Notes under the pieces: generated by a model
What the model saw: the letters and a program-made list of their open reading frames with translations, nothing else
The model's database searches: none
What the model was told of the DNA's origin: nothing
Shown: positions 26,896 to 38,930 of the stretch, piece by piece
Position numbering within the stretch: the stretch's first letter is position 1
Layout of the letters: the number at the start of each line of letters is the position of its first letter
DNA from: Camelus ferus
Taxonomy: Eukaryota
Direction of reading: 5' to 3'
NCBI RefSeq assembly: GCF_009834535.1
Contig: NC_045698.1
Coordinates: forward strand, 15,812,001 to 15,876,000
DNA: 64,000 nt
Program-made: the position numbers and the translations under genes

Positions 26896-27679
26896 CAGCT
26901 TTGGTTTGCAGGGTCAGATAAATCAAATTTCTGTTTTACCTACTTGTTTTTAATAAGTTATTTCAAAGATTTGTCTAAAGTCAAGCACCTCACTGCTCCA
27001 TAAGACAATGTGGTAAATATGAGGGATAAAATGGTGAGAAAAAAAACTTTAAATGTACTTGTGCTAAAAATCTTGCATTTTTAAAATCTTAGCCACTTTT
27101 TTTTCATTTGACTATTTTTAATACAGAAAATGATCACTCTTCAATGTAAAATTTAATGGGTGTTTTATTAAGATGCTGTTTTCATCAAGCATATTCCGTG
27201 CACTAATGCAAATACTATTTCTGAGTAAAACAAAGTTGCTTTAAGACTAGATCTGGAATCCTTGCTCACCACAGCTCTATGGGTGAAGCTGCTTCAAAAC
27301 AATTTTCCAAAGAGAATTTGAGCCCTGAAGGTGGACATGTGCACGGCTCACCCAACGTGGCTTTACTGAGATTTTAAGCCTCCGTGAAAGGATTATAACC
27401 CTAACCCCACCTTGACTATTTCTAAGGAACATGGCTCTGAATTCCCACAGCTATATAAAAGAGCTCTATTTCTGGCATTTGCCAGAGAGTTAAACCTCAA
27501 ATCAACGTCAGCCAAAATCTTCTAAAAGAATTGTGATGCTAAATGATTTCCAAGGACGCACTCCAGCCTGTCTTTATAATTGGCTTTACTGAGTTGTGAT
27601 TGTAGGGTGGTGTCGCCAGCCTTGGGTAACTCTTTGCCAAATCTCTCTAAAGGACGTTAGAGGGGCTGACTGAAAGGAC

Positions 27680-27790
27680 GTGGGCACCTTGAGCGCAGGG
27701 GATTTTATCTGTCTCTTCTCTGCTGCATCCCAAGCACCCAGTATCCATGTCTGACATATACTAAGCTGAATAGATATTTGTAGTTGAAAG
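27680..27790 (+). mobile_element. L2 3' end
   Basis: CCTTGAGCGCAGGGGATTTTATCTGTCT..TGCTGCATCCCAAGCACCCAG..TGACATATACTAAGCTGAATAGATATTTGT. Confidence 0.65.
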
Positions 27791-28409
27791 ATTCCACTTT
27801 ATTAAGGGCCTTCATCAGGAGACCATTCAGTATAAATCCTTTTCAAATTATGATATCAGAAAGTATCATGTTTTCCTTGGACAATTTATCTTTACATCAA
27901 GGCCATTTAAGATTATAAGGAAAAAGAGTTCCCTTTCACATTAATTTTCAAAAGTTTGGGGACAAGCTTCTCTTCCAACTCAGGTAACAAAGACTGGTCA
28001 CTGTGGTGTGAAGTTTTAGTTTGACTCCTTGCCACACTTTGTAGTAAAATTTTAATTTCTATATTTTTTTTCTGCTTCTATTTTAGATTCTTTCAGAGTC
28101 ATCTGAGATTCTTTTTGAAATAAGCAAGATGTATAGAAAGAAATAGATGTTGCCTAACCTTATTTTCTCTTCTAACATTAAACTGGATTTATAATTATTA
28201 GTGGGTGTTTTAGCTGAAGGAGCGTTATTGTAAATGGCCCAGGACTACAGGTATTTCCCCACAGGTTTTTATTTACCTTCACCTCTATTCCCTTCCCTCC
28301 TGCACTCCTAACACAAGCTGAATTATTTTGATCAAATATTACTGGGGTGCCATGGCCTACATCAAGCAGCAGTTGCGTTATTTTTAATTTAAAAAAACAC
28401 GTAATCTTA

Positions 28410-28505
28410 AGAATAGGTGTTCTAAATTTAGATTATGGTAATGGCTGCACAATCTGTAAATATACTGTACTTAAATGTAATATTTATTTAAATTTCAATA
28501 AAGCC
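28410..28505 (+). mobile_element. Old L1 (L1MB/MC/ME) 3' terminal fragment
   Basis: TGTTCTAAATTTAGATTATGGTAATGGCTGCACAATCTGTAAATATACT..TTCAATAAAGC. Confidence 0.65.
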
Positions 28506-28508
28506 TTT

Positions 28509-28556
<48 letters not shown>

Positions 28557-28560
28557 TCCT

Positions 28561-28632
<72 letters not shown>

Positions 28633-28684
28633 TTCTTTCCTTCTTTCTTTCTTTCCTTCTTTCTTTCTTCCTTTCTTTTTTTTT
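28506..28684. repeat. (TTTC)n tetranucleotide microsatellite, about 180 bp
   Basis: Long near-perfect TTTC array that degenerates at its 3' end. Confidence 0.98.
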
Positions 28685-28692
28685 AATATGCT

Positions 28693-29141
28693 TGCATTCA
28701 ATTCCTGTTGCTACCATAACATATTACCACAAACCTAGAACCTTGAAGCAACAGAGCTTTGCTCTTTTCTGTCTGGAGGTCAGGAGTCTGAAGGCAGTGT
28801 TGCCAGGCTCATGTCAGTGTGTCAACAAGGATGATTCCTTCTGGAGATTCTGAGAAGAGCATCCCTTTCTTTGTCTTTTCAGCGTCTAGTGGCCACTATT
28901 ATTCCTTGACTTCCTGTGTCTTCAGAGTACCTCACCCCCTCTGCTTCCCTCATCACATCACCTTCTCTTCCAGCACTGACTCAGCTTTTTAATTTTCCAG
29001 ATAACTCAGGATAGTCTCCATATCTCAGGATCCTTAACTTGAAAACATCTGCAAGTTCTCTTTTTCCAAAAAGGTAGCATATGCAGGTGCCAGGAATTAG
29101 GATATGGACATTTCAGGGGTGGCAATTTTTAGCCTATCACA
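28693..29141 (-). mobile_element. MaLR solo LTR (MLT1C/D-like)
   Basis: CCTGTTGCTACCATAACATATTACCACAAAC, TCTGGAGGTCAGGAGTCTGA, CCTTAACTT..ACATCTGCAAG, GGAATTAGGATATGGACAT..CCTATCACA. TSD ATGCT/ATGCC. Confidence 0.9.
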
Positions 29142-32074
29142 ATGCCCTGAATGCAGATATTCACACACTCACGAAAAAAATCTCTTCTAAGTGAGAGAAA
29201 AGCAGATATAGACAATGTAATCAATTACACAATATGATAGAACATATTCAATAATGGGAGAGATGTGAGTCACGTAACAAACCAGGTTTATAGTAACTTA
29301 TCATCACTCACATGGAAATACAAGGCCAGTTCAGTTTATATACTGAGGCTGGCATTAAATTATACTTCCAGTAACAAAGAAAGTAGTCAAAAATAATCCC
29401 TAATCTCTAAAGTTGTTGTGTAAGCCTAACAGTTTAGTAAAAATTAGAAGAGTATGCATGTTTCTAAACACCCCAAGAATTTAGAGAATTAATAAAACAA
29501 AATCAAAAACATATATGCTTAAGAATTACAGATAAGTGAGCTAAATACAGGAAATAGTGCATAAAAGTATGTAAATTTTGGAATATTTAAAACACAAACA
29601 TAAGCAAGCTGTCAGATATAACCAACGAGACTTAAACTGTTGTCTTTGAATTTACAACGCTTTAAGGTTAGAGTAGGTCTTCAGGGAATTCTCATTCCAC
29701 ATGTTTTTCCCAAGGACCAAGAAGCGCCTTGTTAGATAGTTTCTGCCAGTCAATATTCTTCCAAAACAAGCCACTTCAACAAGATTTTTCATTTGGAGAG
29801 ACTGATCCAAATGAAAAAGCTATCATAAATCACCTGGCTCCCAAATCCTTCTATTCACAAACAAACAGACAAATATATATATATATCTCAAGACTTAAAA
29901 AACAACAGAACAAAACAACAAAGACCAAAATATAATAAATCATGGTATAGTGTCTCATTTCACTAAAAGTTTTACATCTGATCTGATAATACACCAATTT
30001 GACATTGTCCTTTTTGGCATGTTGAAATTTCCTTTTGTTTCAAGCAAGCCTATCCCATAGCGTGCTTCTGATAGAGAAAAAAATTGATCTTGTTACCCAT
30101 ATGACCACCTTGAGGGCACATCACAGCTTGCAGAGCACATGGTAATGCTTATGATGTCGATAACAATGTCTAAATAACACAAGTTTTAATCGAAGTCATC
30201 CTTTATCATCATGGATGCTCCCTGGGCTCCTTTTAATTTGATCATATTGAAATGTGCTGTCCTGATTTTCATGAATTAGGGCAAAGTCACCCTTACTCAC
30301 CATCTGAAGTCTCAGATGTTTCTTTCCACCCAGTAATGAAAATGAAAATTATTTTCCTTGGCAACTCAAATGGTATTCTGGTTAATTATGTGAATGTAAT
30401 TCTTAGATTATTTGCATGTTTTATAGCTGAAAAGCCCTCTATTTCATTGCCAGGTCTTTTTTTTTTTTTTAACTTTCTTCAAATATTATTTCCCCAGTTT
30501 ATGTTATTTTGTCACACTTTAAAACATACTAAATTTGCCTGAAATTCTTTTTGGAAGGAGGCAGTGGGCAACACACATTTTAAAATACATTCCTGTTTTG
30601 TATTCATTTCACAGGGCTTATAAGTGGTGTCTATACATCCAAATGTGATGTGTGCCTAAAACTTCTACATTCACAAAGGGCCAGCTTGGAAGATATATGT
30701 GAAAAAGAGCAAATACATAAATAACCAGACTTGTTATTTTTGAAACATTTTAAGAATGGCTCCCAAACTACACTGGATTTAGAATTAGATGCACACAAAT
30801 GCATCTAAAAAAGGTGGAGGAGAACTCATTAAGAAATATATTATTTGTAAAATATTATATGGTGTAGTTAATAAAAATGTTTAGAAATTATGAGATAGAA
30901 TAGATTACTTTGAGTGGATATGTGATGAAATTGGATGCTGTTTACAGATATGTTGACTAGATTATGCAGCAGGATGGGTAGGGCAAATTTCCAATTTGTA
31001 AGGTGATTTCTTTATAATGACAAGCTGCATAGCTGGTCAGTGTCAGGAACTGTAACTTGCTCTGTGGTGATCTATCACATCACCACATTTTACCCTTGTG
31101 ATAAGTCTCAAAATGCCAATGCTTAGAAAAAAATGTTTTTTCAAGGTGACTCCATACCATTAACCTCTGCCAATTAATAAATCCAGAACATGTTTAAATC
31201 TTCTCATAGAAAAAGCACATATAGATTCAACCAAATGTATTCTTTAAAAATGTCATAAATATCTTCCAACCAAACAGAAGCCTCTCATATTATGTGTCAT
31301 CTTACTTTCCAAATTGAAAAGTCCTCTAAAATGACTTTGATGTTGGATATCTGCCATTTTTTAAGTCTATAATTTGTTGCATGGGCTTAACATATACCAT
31401 TTCATTTAATCATTTTACTATTTCTGAAGACAGTTGTTACTGGAAACTTATGGAGGAAGAGGAGTTCATAGTCTGCAGAATAGCCTTGTTTAAACCTCAG
31501 TCAGAATGAGAACTAAGTCTAAGTCTGATGGCATTTCCTTCTATCCTCTGCTTCCAGGCTCTGAAGCGGGTAAACCAGTTGAGTCATGCTGACCTAGTAA
31601 ATGTAAATGCCTTTGTATGATACTGCTTATTTCCTACAGATTAAGAAAACACTAGAGGCTTAGCTTTATGTTCTCTGGTATCAGGACCCAGGATTACAGG
31701 ACTAACAACTTTCTAACAGGTTTTAGTAATCAGGTGTTTGCAGTACATAACTACGCTAGGGGATGATGAAGAGGGCTCAGAAGGAAAAAAAAAGAGAACA
31801 AGACCAAGATGGCATATCTGAATCTGTGCAATGATAAGTGACTGTAATAAAGCTGCACAATCATCTTTAATTATCCTTATTTTAAATTTTAAAGAAACAG
31901 GATGATATAGAAAAAAATTCTTCACCAGTGTTATGATCTTTTCTGTTAGCAAGTCCCCCTGAGACATGGACAAGATAATTCACTTTACTGCTTGGGTTTT
32001 CTAAAGTGTAAAATGATCTTTTGAAATTTGAAATTTTAAAATTATATCAAGTTTGAAAATTAAATGACTTGATC

Positions 32075-35000
32075 AGACCTCTGATTCCAGAAAGACGGAG
32101 TCCACGTGTGCCTCCATTCCTTCTGCTGAGTACAACTAAAAATCCTGAGCATTTATATATAAAATGAACATAGAAGACTCTGAAGGAGGAAGAGAAAAAG
32201 AAAGAAAAACAAGGGGCCTCAGAACTCACAAAATGCTACAATGATATGCTCCTAGTTTTTCTTTTTGCCTCCTGTATTGTGGACTGGAGCTAAAGGATCT
32301 GGTGTCCCAGAAATGACAATGGGTGCACAGAAAATTCCTCAGCAAAAGGCTGCATTTTGCATCTGCAGTACCAGGAAAGGGTGAGCTAAGCAAGACAGAA
32401 AATTTTAGATAAAAACTGCTGCATTTCAACAAAACACCACAGGGGGAAAAATAAAAGCAAAACTACTGTCTCATCTCACCCATCTCAGCAAAGGCTGAGT
32501 GAGGACTCAGGACATCTGTATTTGTCAGGTTATAACAACAGAATGCCCCAACCATTCTGGAATAGTTACGTCAGAGAAGGTCAAGTAGAGAGCTCAGATT
32601 TCATCCTCTTGGATGGTAAAAGAAGCAATCTTTACTCCACCCACAGTCTCAGTGGAAACCTCTGCTATTTTAGGAGTAAAAAATACAATAAAATACTTAA
32701 TGAATGGGTTGAACAGCAGAATGGAGAGAACAGAACAAAGAGTCAGTGAACTAGAACACAGAACAGTTGTAATTATTCCATCTGAAATGCAAAGAGAAAA
32801 TAGATTAAAAAAAAGTGAACAGAGCCTCAAGGTCCAGTGGACTATAACACAATATCTAGTATTCATGTCACTGGAATCCCAGAAAGAATAAAGGCAAAGA
32901 AAAAGTACTCAAAAATAATGACTAAGAGCTTCCTAAATTTGGCAAATGATATAAACATATAGACTCATTAAGATGATACAAGATAACAAGATACAAGATA
33001 AACCCAACTAAATCCACCTGAAAATGCATCATAGTCATGCTTCTGAAAACTGAAAGCAAAGAAAAAAAAATGTCAAAAGCAGCAAAAGAGAAATGATACC
33101 TTACCTACAAAAGAAAAGCAAGATGATTAACAATGGATCTCTCATCAGAAACTATGGAGTGATATAATATTTTTCAAATACTGAAAGAAAAGAACTGCCA
33201 ACTCAGAATTTTAGTATCTAGTAAAATATATCCCAGGAACTAGAGAGAAATCAAAACATTTTTGGATGAATGCAAACTAAGAGAATTTATCACCAATAAC
33301 TTATCCTAAAAGAGTGGTTAAAGAAAGGTCTCAAACTAGGAAGTAAATGATAGAAGAAGGAAATCTTCAAAGATCAGGGAGGAATAACAAATAATGGATA
33401 AAAGTGCATGAAGAGATTACATTTACCTTTTCCTCTTTAGTTTCTAAAGCATCTTTTAAATATTGAAACCAAAATTATAACATTGTCTAGTGTGGCTTTA
33501 ATTACATGTAGAGTAAATATTTAAGACAGCTATGAATGGAGGAAACTAAATACATATAAAGGAAGTTTCTACACTTCATTTGAGCTGGCAAAATATCACA
33601 ACAGTAGACTGTGATAAATTATGAATAGACAGTATAATATCTGGAGAAACCAATAAAAAGCTACACAAAGTGACATACTAAAAACATTATAGATATATCA
33701 AAATGGAGTTTTAAAATATGTTCAAATAACCCATAGAAAGGTGGGGGGGGGAAAAGAAAAGAAAAAACTGAGAACAAGCAGGCAACAAAAATAAAATGGC
33801 AGCCATTATGTGCCAATAATACCACTAATTAGCTAAATATAAATTAAGTACATTGATTAAAATACAGAAATCAGCAGAGGGGATTTAAAACATGACATAT
33901 GTGCTACAAGAAACTTCATATATAATGATTTACATCATTTGAAATTGAAAGGATAGAAAAAGATTTATCACATAAATGTTAATCAGAAACTAGTAATTGC
34001 TATATTAATATCATATAATAGGAAGATTTTAGAGCAAAGAAATTTACAAATGATGGAGAGACATTACATGATGACTAAAGGGTTAATCCCACAAGAACAC
34101 ATAATTACCCTGAACTGGTGTGCAACAAAAAACAGAGCTGCAAAATATGTGAAGCAAAATCTGATAGAACCAAAAGGAAAAATTGGTAAATCCACAATTA
34201 TCCATAGTTAATGTTAGATAATTCAACATGCCTTTCTAAACAATTGCTAGAACATCGGAACAGAAATTCAATAATGATATAGAACTCAAGAACCCCATCA
34301 ACCAACAGGATCTAGTTGATATGTATAGCACGGCAGGCAATAATGATAATAGACAATATTCTGAGCCATAAAATGGACCTCACGAGTTTAAAATACTTAA
34401 AATCATACAGGGTGTGTCTTCTGAACACAGTGAAATCAAGCTAGAAATCAGTAATAGAATAATAACAGAAAAATCTCCAAACATGTGGAAGCTAAACAGC
34501 ACACTACTAAATAATCTATAGGCTAAAGAGGAAATTTGAAAGGAAATAACAAAATACTTTGAACTGAATTGAAATAAAAACACAACATATCAAAGCTTGT
34601 TAGAAATAGCTAAAGCATTGCTGGGAGGGAAGTTTGTAGCACTAAATGAATAAATTAAAGATGAAAAGTCTCAAATCGATCACCCAAGCACTCTTCTCAA
34701 AAAAACTAGAAAGAGTGAAATAAACCCAAAGCAAACAGAAGGATATGATGTAAGTAAGAGCAGAAATCAACAAAACTGAAAACAGAAAAAAATATAGAAA
34801 TAAATGTAGCAAAGAGCTGATTCTTTGAAAAGTTGATTGACAAATATGATTGACAAACTAGCAAAACTGACAAAAAAGAGACAGAACACAAAATACTAAT
34901 TTCATGAATGAACCATGGGATATTACAATGAAACTTGCAGACTTCAAAATAAGGAAATGCTATAAACAATTCTAAATACATACAATCAAAAATTTAGATG

Positions 35001-36362
35001 CGATCGACAATTCCTTGGGAAACACATCTACCGCAACTCATCCGATACGAGACAGATCATTTGAGTAAGCCTTCTACATTTCTAAGGAAATTGAATGTAC
35101 TTTCAAAACTTTCAAAAAGATATCTCCAGGATCAGACAGTTTCAGTGGAGTAATATAGCAAATGTTTAAAAGTAGCCCTAATTCACAATCTCATTAGGAA
35201 ATTTAAACTGAAATCACAAGTTATCACTATAGAATTTATCAGAAGAATGAGCTGTTGCTTAAGAGGTATAAAGTTACAGTGATACAAGATGAAGAAGACC
35301 TGCAGATTTGTTGTGTAAAATAGTGCCTGCAGTTAACAGTAGAGTGTTGTTCTTTTAAAAACTTATTAAGAGAGTCTTATGTTAACTGTTCTTGACACAC
35401 GTACGAAGTCAAGGGTACACAGTAAATCTTTTGAAGGAGATGACTATGTTTATTACATTGATTCTGGTGATGATATCCATACATGTCCAAACTCATCAAA
35501 GTGTATACCCTAAATATGTGCAATTTTTATATACCTTAATAACACTAAAAATAAAATTATACAAGGTGAAATAAAATATATTGACAACACCAAATCTGGG
35601 CAAGGCTCCTAAGAAACAGAGTCACTCAAACATTGCTGGTGTAAATGTGAAATAGTACAAACAGTCTGGAAAACAGTTTGGAAGTTCTTCAAAAACAAAA
35701 CTAAAGTAATCATGCAACTATTATATGACCTGGAAATTGCACCCCTGGGCATTTATGCCAGAGAAAGGAAAACATAGGTTCACACAAAAACCTATAAATA
35801 AACATTTGCAGCATCTCTACGTGTAATAGCCAAAAATTGTAAAAAAAAAAAAAAAAAAAGAAAGAAAGAAAGAAAGAAAATCTAAATATTCTGCAATAGA
35901 TAAGTCACTAAACACAGTACTGTACATTGTATGTATTACATGTAATATTACACAGGAAATACAAAGGAACAGACTACTGATGAATTTAGGTGGACCTTCA
36001 GACAATTATGCTGAGTGGGGAAATAAAACAGCCATTTCCAAGATTTATGTATTTCAAATTCAATTTAGATAATGACCTTCAACCTTAAAATGATAAAATT
36101 GTTGAAACGGAGAACAGATTAGCGGTTGCTAGGGGTTGAGTGAGGAGGTGAGGGCAGGTGGGAAGTGAATGTGGCTATAAAAGCGTAACACAGAGGATCC
36201 TTGAGGTGACAGAAATGTTCTGCATCTTGTCTGTAGCAAAGTATGTTGAATGTCATGTTTTGTGGGGTTTTGATGTTCAGGTAAAGTGGGTAAAGGATCT
36301 GTGGAAACAGCATTATTTCTTACACCTGAATGTGAATCTACAATTATCTTAAAATAAAAACA
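32075..36362 (+). mobile_element. L1MD-like LINE-1: 5' UTR, ORF1, ORF2 endonuclease region, RT deleted, 3' UTR
   Basis: ORF 32613-32891 encodes an ORF1p coiled-coil relic (NGLNSRMERTEQRVSELE..QRENRLKKSEQSL). EN-region DNA lies at about 33800-34600. L1MD-type 3' UTR GTGGCTATAAAAG..GGATCCTTG..TGTGAATCTACAATTATCTTAAAATAAAAA. Many stops and frameshifts. Confidence 0.85.
35245..35560 (+). mobile_element. L1MB-like 3' end nested in the L1MD-like element
   Basis: GGTATAAAGTTACAGT..CAAGATGAA..AAACTTATTAAGAGAGT..GGAGATGACTATGTTTATTACATTGATT..CAAACTCATCAAAGTGTATAC. The host ORF2 C-terminal sequence resumes at about 35575. Confidence 0.7.
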
Positions 36363-36956
36363 TTACCTTAAAAGATGACTCCAGGAAAGAAGAATTAACA
36401 AATAAATGTACCTTTACTTTTTGGTTTTCTTATTTTAATTTCCCATTTATTCATGAATACATTCTCTATTATTCATTCATTCATGCGTTCTCTGGCTTTT
36501 TTTTTTTTTTCACTCTATTTACACGTGTGTGGATTGAAAAGGGAATTTTGTGAAACTATTCACTTGGATTCTTTCATTCACTGTGCTTTATTGTCCGTTT
36601 GGAACGCTGCAAGAATCTGATAATAGTAATGATAAACTTCTATACAGTATCATGTCAAGTTAGAGGTGAAAAGTCTATACCTTCTTTGTAAACCAGTTAT
36701 TTTCTGATTTCTACAAAACACCAACACATCCTTTCTGTCTCCATTCATATATTCTGCAGGTATTGGCTGAGCACCTTTTCTGTTCATTTGCTGTTCCAAG
36801 CACTGAACATTCTGATGCTGAAGATACAATCTCTACCCACTAAGTGAGCCGAGTTTTACACATCAAACTTGCAATGTCACCAGACACTGCGTATATCTGG
36901 AGCTAAAGAATTGGAACACAAATTTGGGCATAATCTTTTTTTTTTTTAAATGATGG

Positions 36957-37361
36957 TGTTACGGGCTGAATTGTTCACCACCACCCCCACCCCCCGCCTC
37001 CAGAATTCATATGTTGAAGCATCAACCCCTAGTACCTCAAAATATAAACACATTTGGAGATAAGCCCTTTAAAGAGGTCATTCAGTTAAATAAGACCTTT
37101 ACTGTGGGATCCTAATCCAACATGACTGGTAACCTTATAAGAAGAGGAAGAGAGGCCAAGGGCACACATGCACATGGGAAAGGCCATGAGAGGACACAGT
37201 GAGAAAGTGGCCATTTGCAAGTCAAGGAGAGAGGCCTCGAGAGAACCCTGACAAACTTTGCTCTTGGACTTCCAGCCTCCAAACTGTGAGAAAACGAATT
37301 TCTGTTGTTTAAGACACCTGGCTGTGGCATTTCGTTGCAGCAGCCCTAGAAAACTAATACG
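36957..37361 (+). mobile_element. MaLR solo LTR (MLT1A/B-like)
   Basis: TGTTACGGGCTGAATTGT..AATTCATATGTTGAAGC..GGACTTCCAGCCTCCAAACTGTGAGAAA..GCAGCCCTAGAAAACTAATAC. Degenerate TSD GATGG/CGTGG. Confidence 0.9.
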
Positions 37362-37943
37362 CGTGGCATCTGATGGAATTTCATCTACGGAGAGTTTGCA
37401 GCCATTTGAGGATGAGAAAAGGACCCTCCAAAACGTATAGGGTGGGAATACAGGCAAAAGTTTGTCTAAGAGGATCAGGATGGAAAAGTTATAATGGATG
37501 AGATGAAATATAAACCTAGAGAATATAGACACCAAAAAAAAAAAAAAAAAAAAAAGTGAAGAAAGATCATAAACATAAGAGATCACTGAACTCTTTGGAA
37601 TTAAACAAGTTTTTTTTTTTAATTTAAGAAGCAAAATACTAATTTTACAGTATGTTTTCATATGATATATTTGAATCCCTGGGTAGATGAAAGCAGACAT
37701 CCCTGGGCTATTCTTTCATATAGGACAAAAGATCATTTACCCTTTCATCAGGGTGGGAAACACAGGGTACATGAAGAGAACTTAGGTTTTGCATCAGGAT
37801 GATGAGGCTGTTTTTATATAAAGGCTTCTTTTTACTTAAGCAGTAAGAAATGAAAGAACGTGAATGAAGTTTAACAAGATTAGAAGTGAGGAGATGTGAT
37901 ATCATCTCTGAGTGAAAAAGTGGATTTATCAAGAATATGTAGC

Positions 37944-38600
37944 TGTTAGAGCAGGCAGATAGCTAGATATGAGCAGAGAAAGGGGGACACAGACCAAATG
38001 GCAGGGATTGGGCAGAAAGGAGGGGCACAGGCCAAATGCAGGAAACCACACACCATGTAAGCAGCAGGGATCCTTGGGCAGAGAAAGAAAAGCAGGAACC
38101 TTGGGGCTGATAAGGGATCATGCTTTCTGGGGTGATAAGTGGCCTGGAGAAGAACAAAGAAAGGTGAGAAAAGGCAGGAATTTCTAGTGTCCGAATGTAA
38201 CCTTTTGCTCATTATGCCCTCATTTTAATAAAATTAGCCTTGCAGATCAGACGTACCCATCATGCACCGATGCCATGACACTTCTGATCCAGACAAAATA
38301 AGGACAGAACTCCCTCCTCCCTTTGGGAAGGTGGAGTTGGGATGATAATCAGGGAATAAGACCCCAAACGCTTCCCTCCCCAATGAATATTCCGCCCATT
38401 CACTTTTACACCCTATATAGCTAACTTGCCAAAGAAACTCAGGGCAGCCGCTCACCTGAGCCTGCCCGCTCTCCCCTGAGAGTGTACTATCCATCCTTTA
38501 GTAAATCCTCACTTTACCTTTTTTAACCTCTAAGTCTTGTCTGAATTCTTTCTGGGACTGAGACAAGAACCTGGAACAGTGGTTGCATCTATCAGCAACA
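37944..38600 (+). mobile_element. ERV1 solo LTR (MER50-like) with perfect TSD
   Basis: TGTTAGAGCAGGCAGATAGCTAGATATGAGCAG..ATCAGCAACA, flanked by TAGC/TAGC. CCAAT at 38380, TATATA at 38414, AGTAAA at 38500. Confidence 0.9.
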
Positions 38601-38930
38601 TAGCCAGTGGGGAAATCCTACATGTGCATGTGAGATATTTAGTCATAAAATTTAACGTGAAAGATCATGGTTTGGAAAGAGTACATGTTTGAAAGTGAGC
38701 AGTTAGAAACATGGACTGTGGATTCTATTCTAGAATAGAATAGAAGAAATAATTGTATTTCTGGAGTTTGGGGGAATGTTTGGGGCAATGATTTTTAGAC
38801 TTTTCAGGAACAACTTGGGAATATATTTTGGAAAGAGCACAAGTTGGCAGGGGAACAGGAGGTGAAGTAATCAAGGATGTCATTCAGGCTTTGTGCTTAA
38901 GGAACTGGGTGACTGCACTGCCAAGCACCT
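38601..38930 (-). mobile_element. L2 relic (probable host of the LTR)
   Basis: GTAATCAAGGATGTCATTCAGGCTTTGTGCTTAAGGAACTGGGTG is antisense L2-like. Confidence 0.4.

Noticed and set aside
28347..28853. 168-aa ORF and antisense KKER-repeat ORFs
   Set aside because: Artefacts of the stop-free (TTTC)n tract and adjacent L1/MLT1 sequence.
680..37361. Similar sequences at 680-1086 and 36957-37361 as a segmental duplication
   Set aside because: Independent MLT1 solo LTRs, each with its own TSD and unrelated flanks.
37086..37700. Longest ORF (204 aa, minus strand)
   Set aside because: Runs through A/T homopolymers and an antisense MLT1 LTR. The composition is not protein-like.
14100..38600. Two MER50-like LTRs as the ends of one provirus
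   Set aside because: They have different TSDs (GAAG/GAAA versus TAGC), clearly divergent sequences and a 23 kb separation, with no PBS, gag, pol or env seen between them.
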